DNA from: Octopus vulgaris
Taxonomy: Eukaryota
Assembly: GCA_951406725.2 (NCBI GenBank)
Contig: OX597814.1
Coordinates: 115,692,001-115,756,000, forward strand
Direction of reading: 5' to 3'
Length of the DNA stretch: 64,000 nucleotides
Shown here: one piece after another, positions 63,503-64,000 of the stretch
Layout of the letters: each line of letters starts with the position of its first letter
Position numbering within the stretch: position 1 is the stretch's first letter
Translations under genes and position numbers: made by a program
The notes under the pieces: model-generated
What the model saw: only the letters and a program-made list of their open reading frames with translations
The model's database searches: none
What the model was told of the DNA's origin: nothing

Positions 63503-64000
63503 TTTTATATTAAAAGTAATCTAAATTTCAATAATACTGAGTAGCCAGAGTTTGGCGATATCAATTAACCCTTTAGTATTCAGATTATTCTACCAAATGT
63601 GATGCTTGTTTATTCACATTGCATTGAATTAATCATGCATTATCTCATAGCTGTGAGATTTCTGTGATAGGACTCTTTACTTTGGTAATAATATTGTTGG
63701 GATAGGGTAAGAGGCTGGATCTGACTGGTTTTGAACAAAAAGGAGGTAAAATATTTAGGCCGGATATGGCCAGGTTAAAACATTATTTCACAGACTACAC
63801 GATCATTATCTAATGGTTTGTGATATTCAGTTGGCATATAATTCTAATGATGTGCATATAGGAAAATCTTCAAGGCTAGCCATACATGCCATACCCAAAA
63901 ACTGATTGACTGAAACATACATGGAAAATTTGCATCATGATAAACTTGGCAGTGGAAGCAAATTGTGTTGACAAATTAATTTCAAATAATTAAGTGAAAT

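Overview
AT-rich, repeat-dense eukaryotic genomic DNA. The SINE/LINE families look like those of coleoid cephalopods (Octopus-like; an inference from repeat sequence only). The only host gene I can support is the 3' part of a KMT5A/SETD8/PR-Set7 H4K20 methyltransferase on the + strand: three GT-AG exons at 3678-3737, 7321-7511 and 8424-8634, with earlier exons presumably upstream of the window. The rest is mobile DNA: an internally deleted piggyBac with TTAA TSDs plus piggyBac MITEs; a near full-length but disrupted R4/Dong-type RT+REL retrotransposon and a truncated sister copy, both in (TAA)n; RTE, CR1-like and possible L1/Tx1 fragments; Helitron/Helentron-like, hAT, Tc1/mariner and Kolobok-like non-autonomous elements; dozens of tRNA-derived SINEs; very long (TA/TG)n tracts; and a 35-bp minisatellite with higher-order structure. 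The most interesting signal is a set of minimal type-I hammerhead-ribozyme-like motifs in several unrelated repeats beside (TA)n tracts and foldback palindromes, two of them with the compensatory U3:A8 core. This suggests Penelope-like/retrozyme-type non-autonomous families. Nearly all long ORFs in the track are microsatellite or SINE artefacts. Repeat boundaries are by eye and approximate unless a TIR or TSD is quoted.
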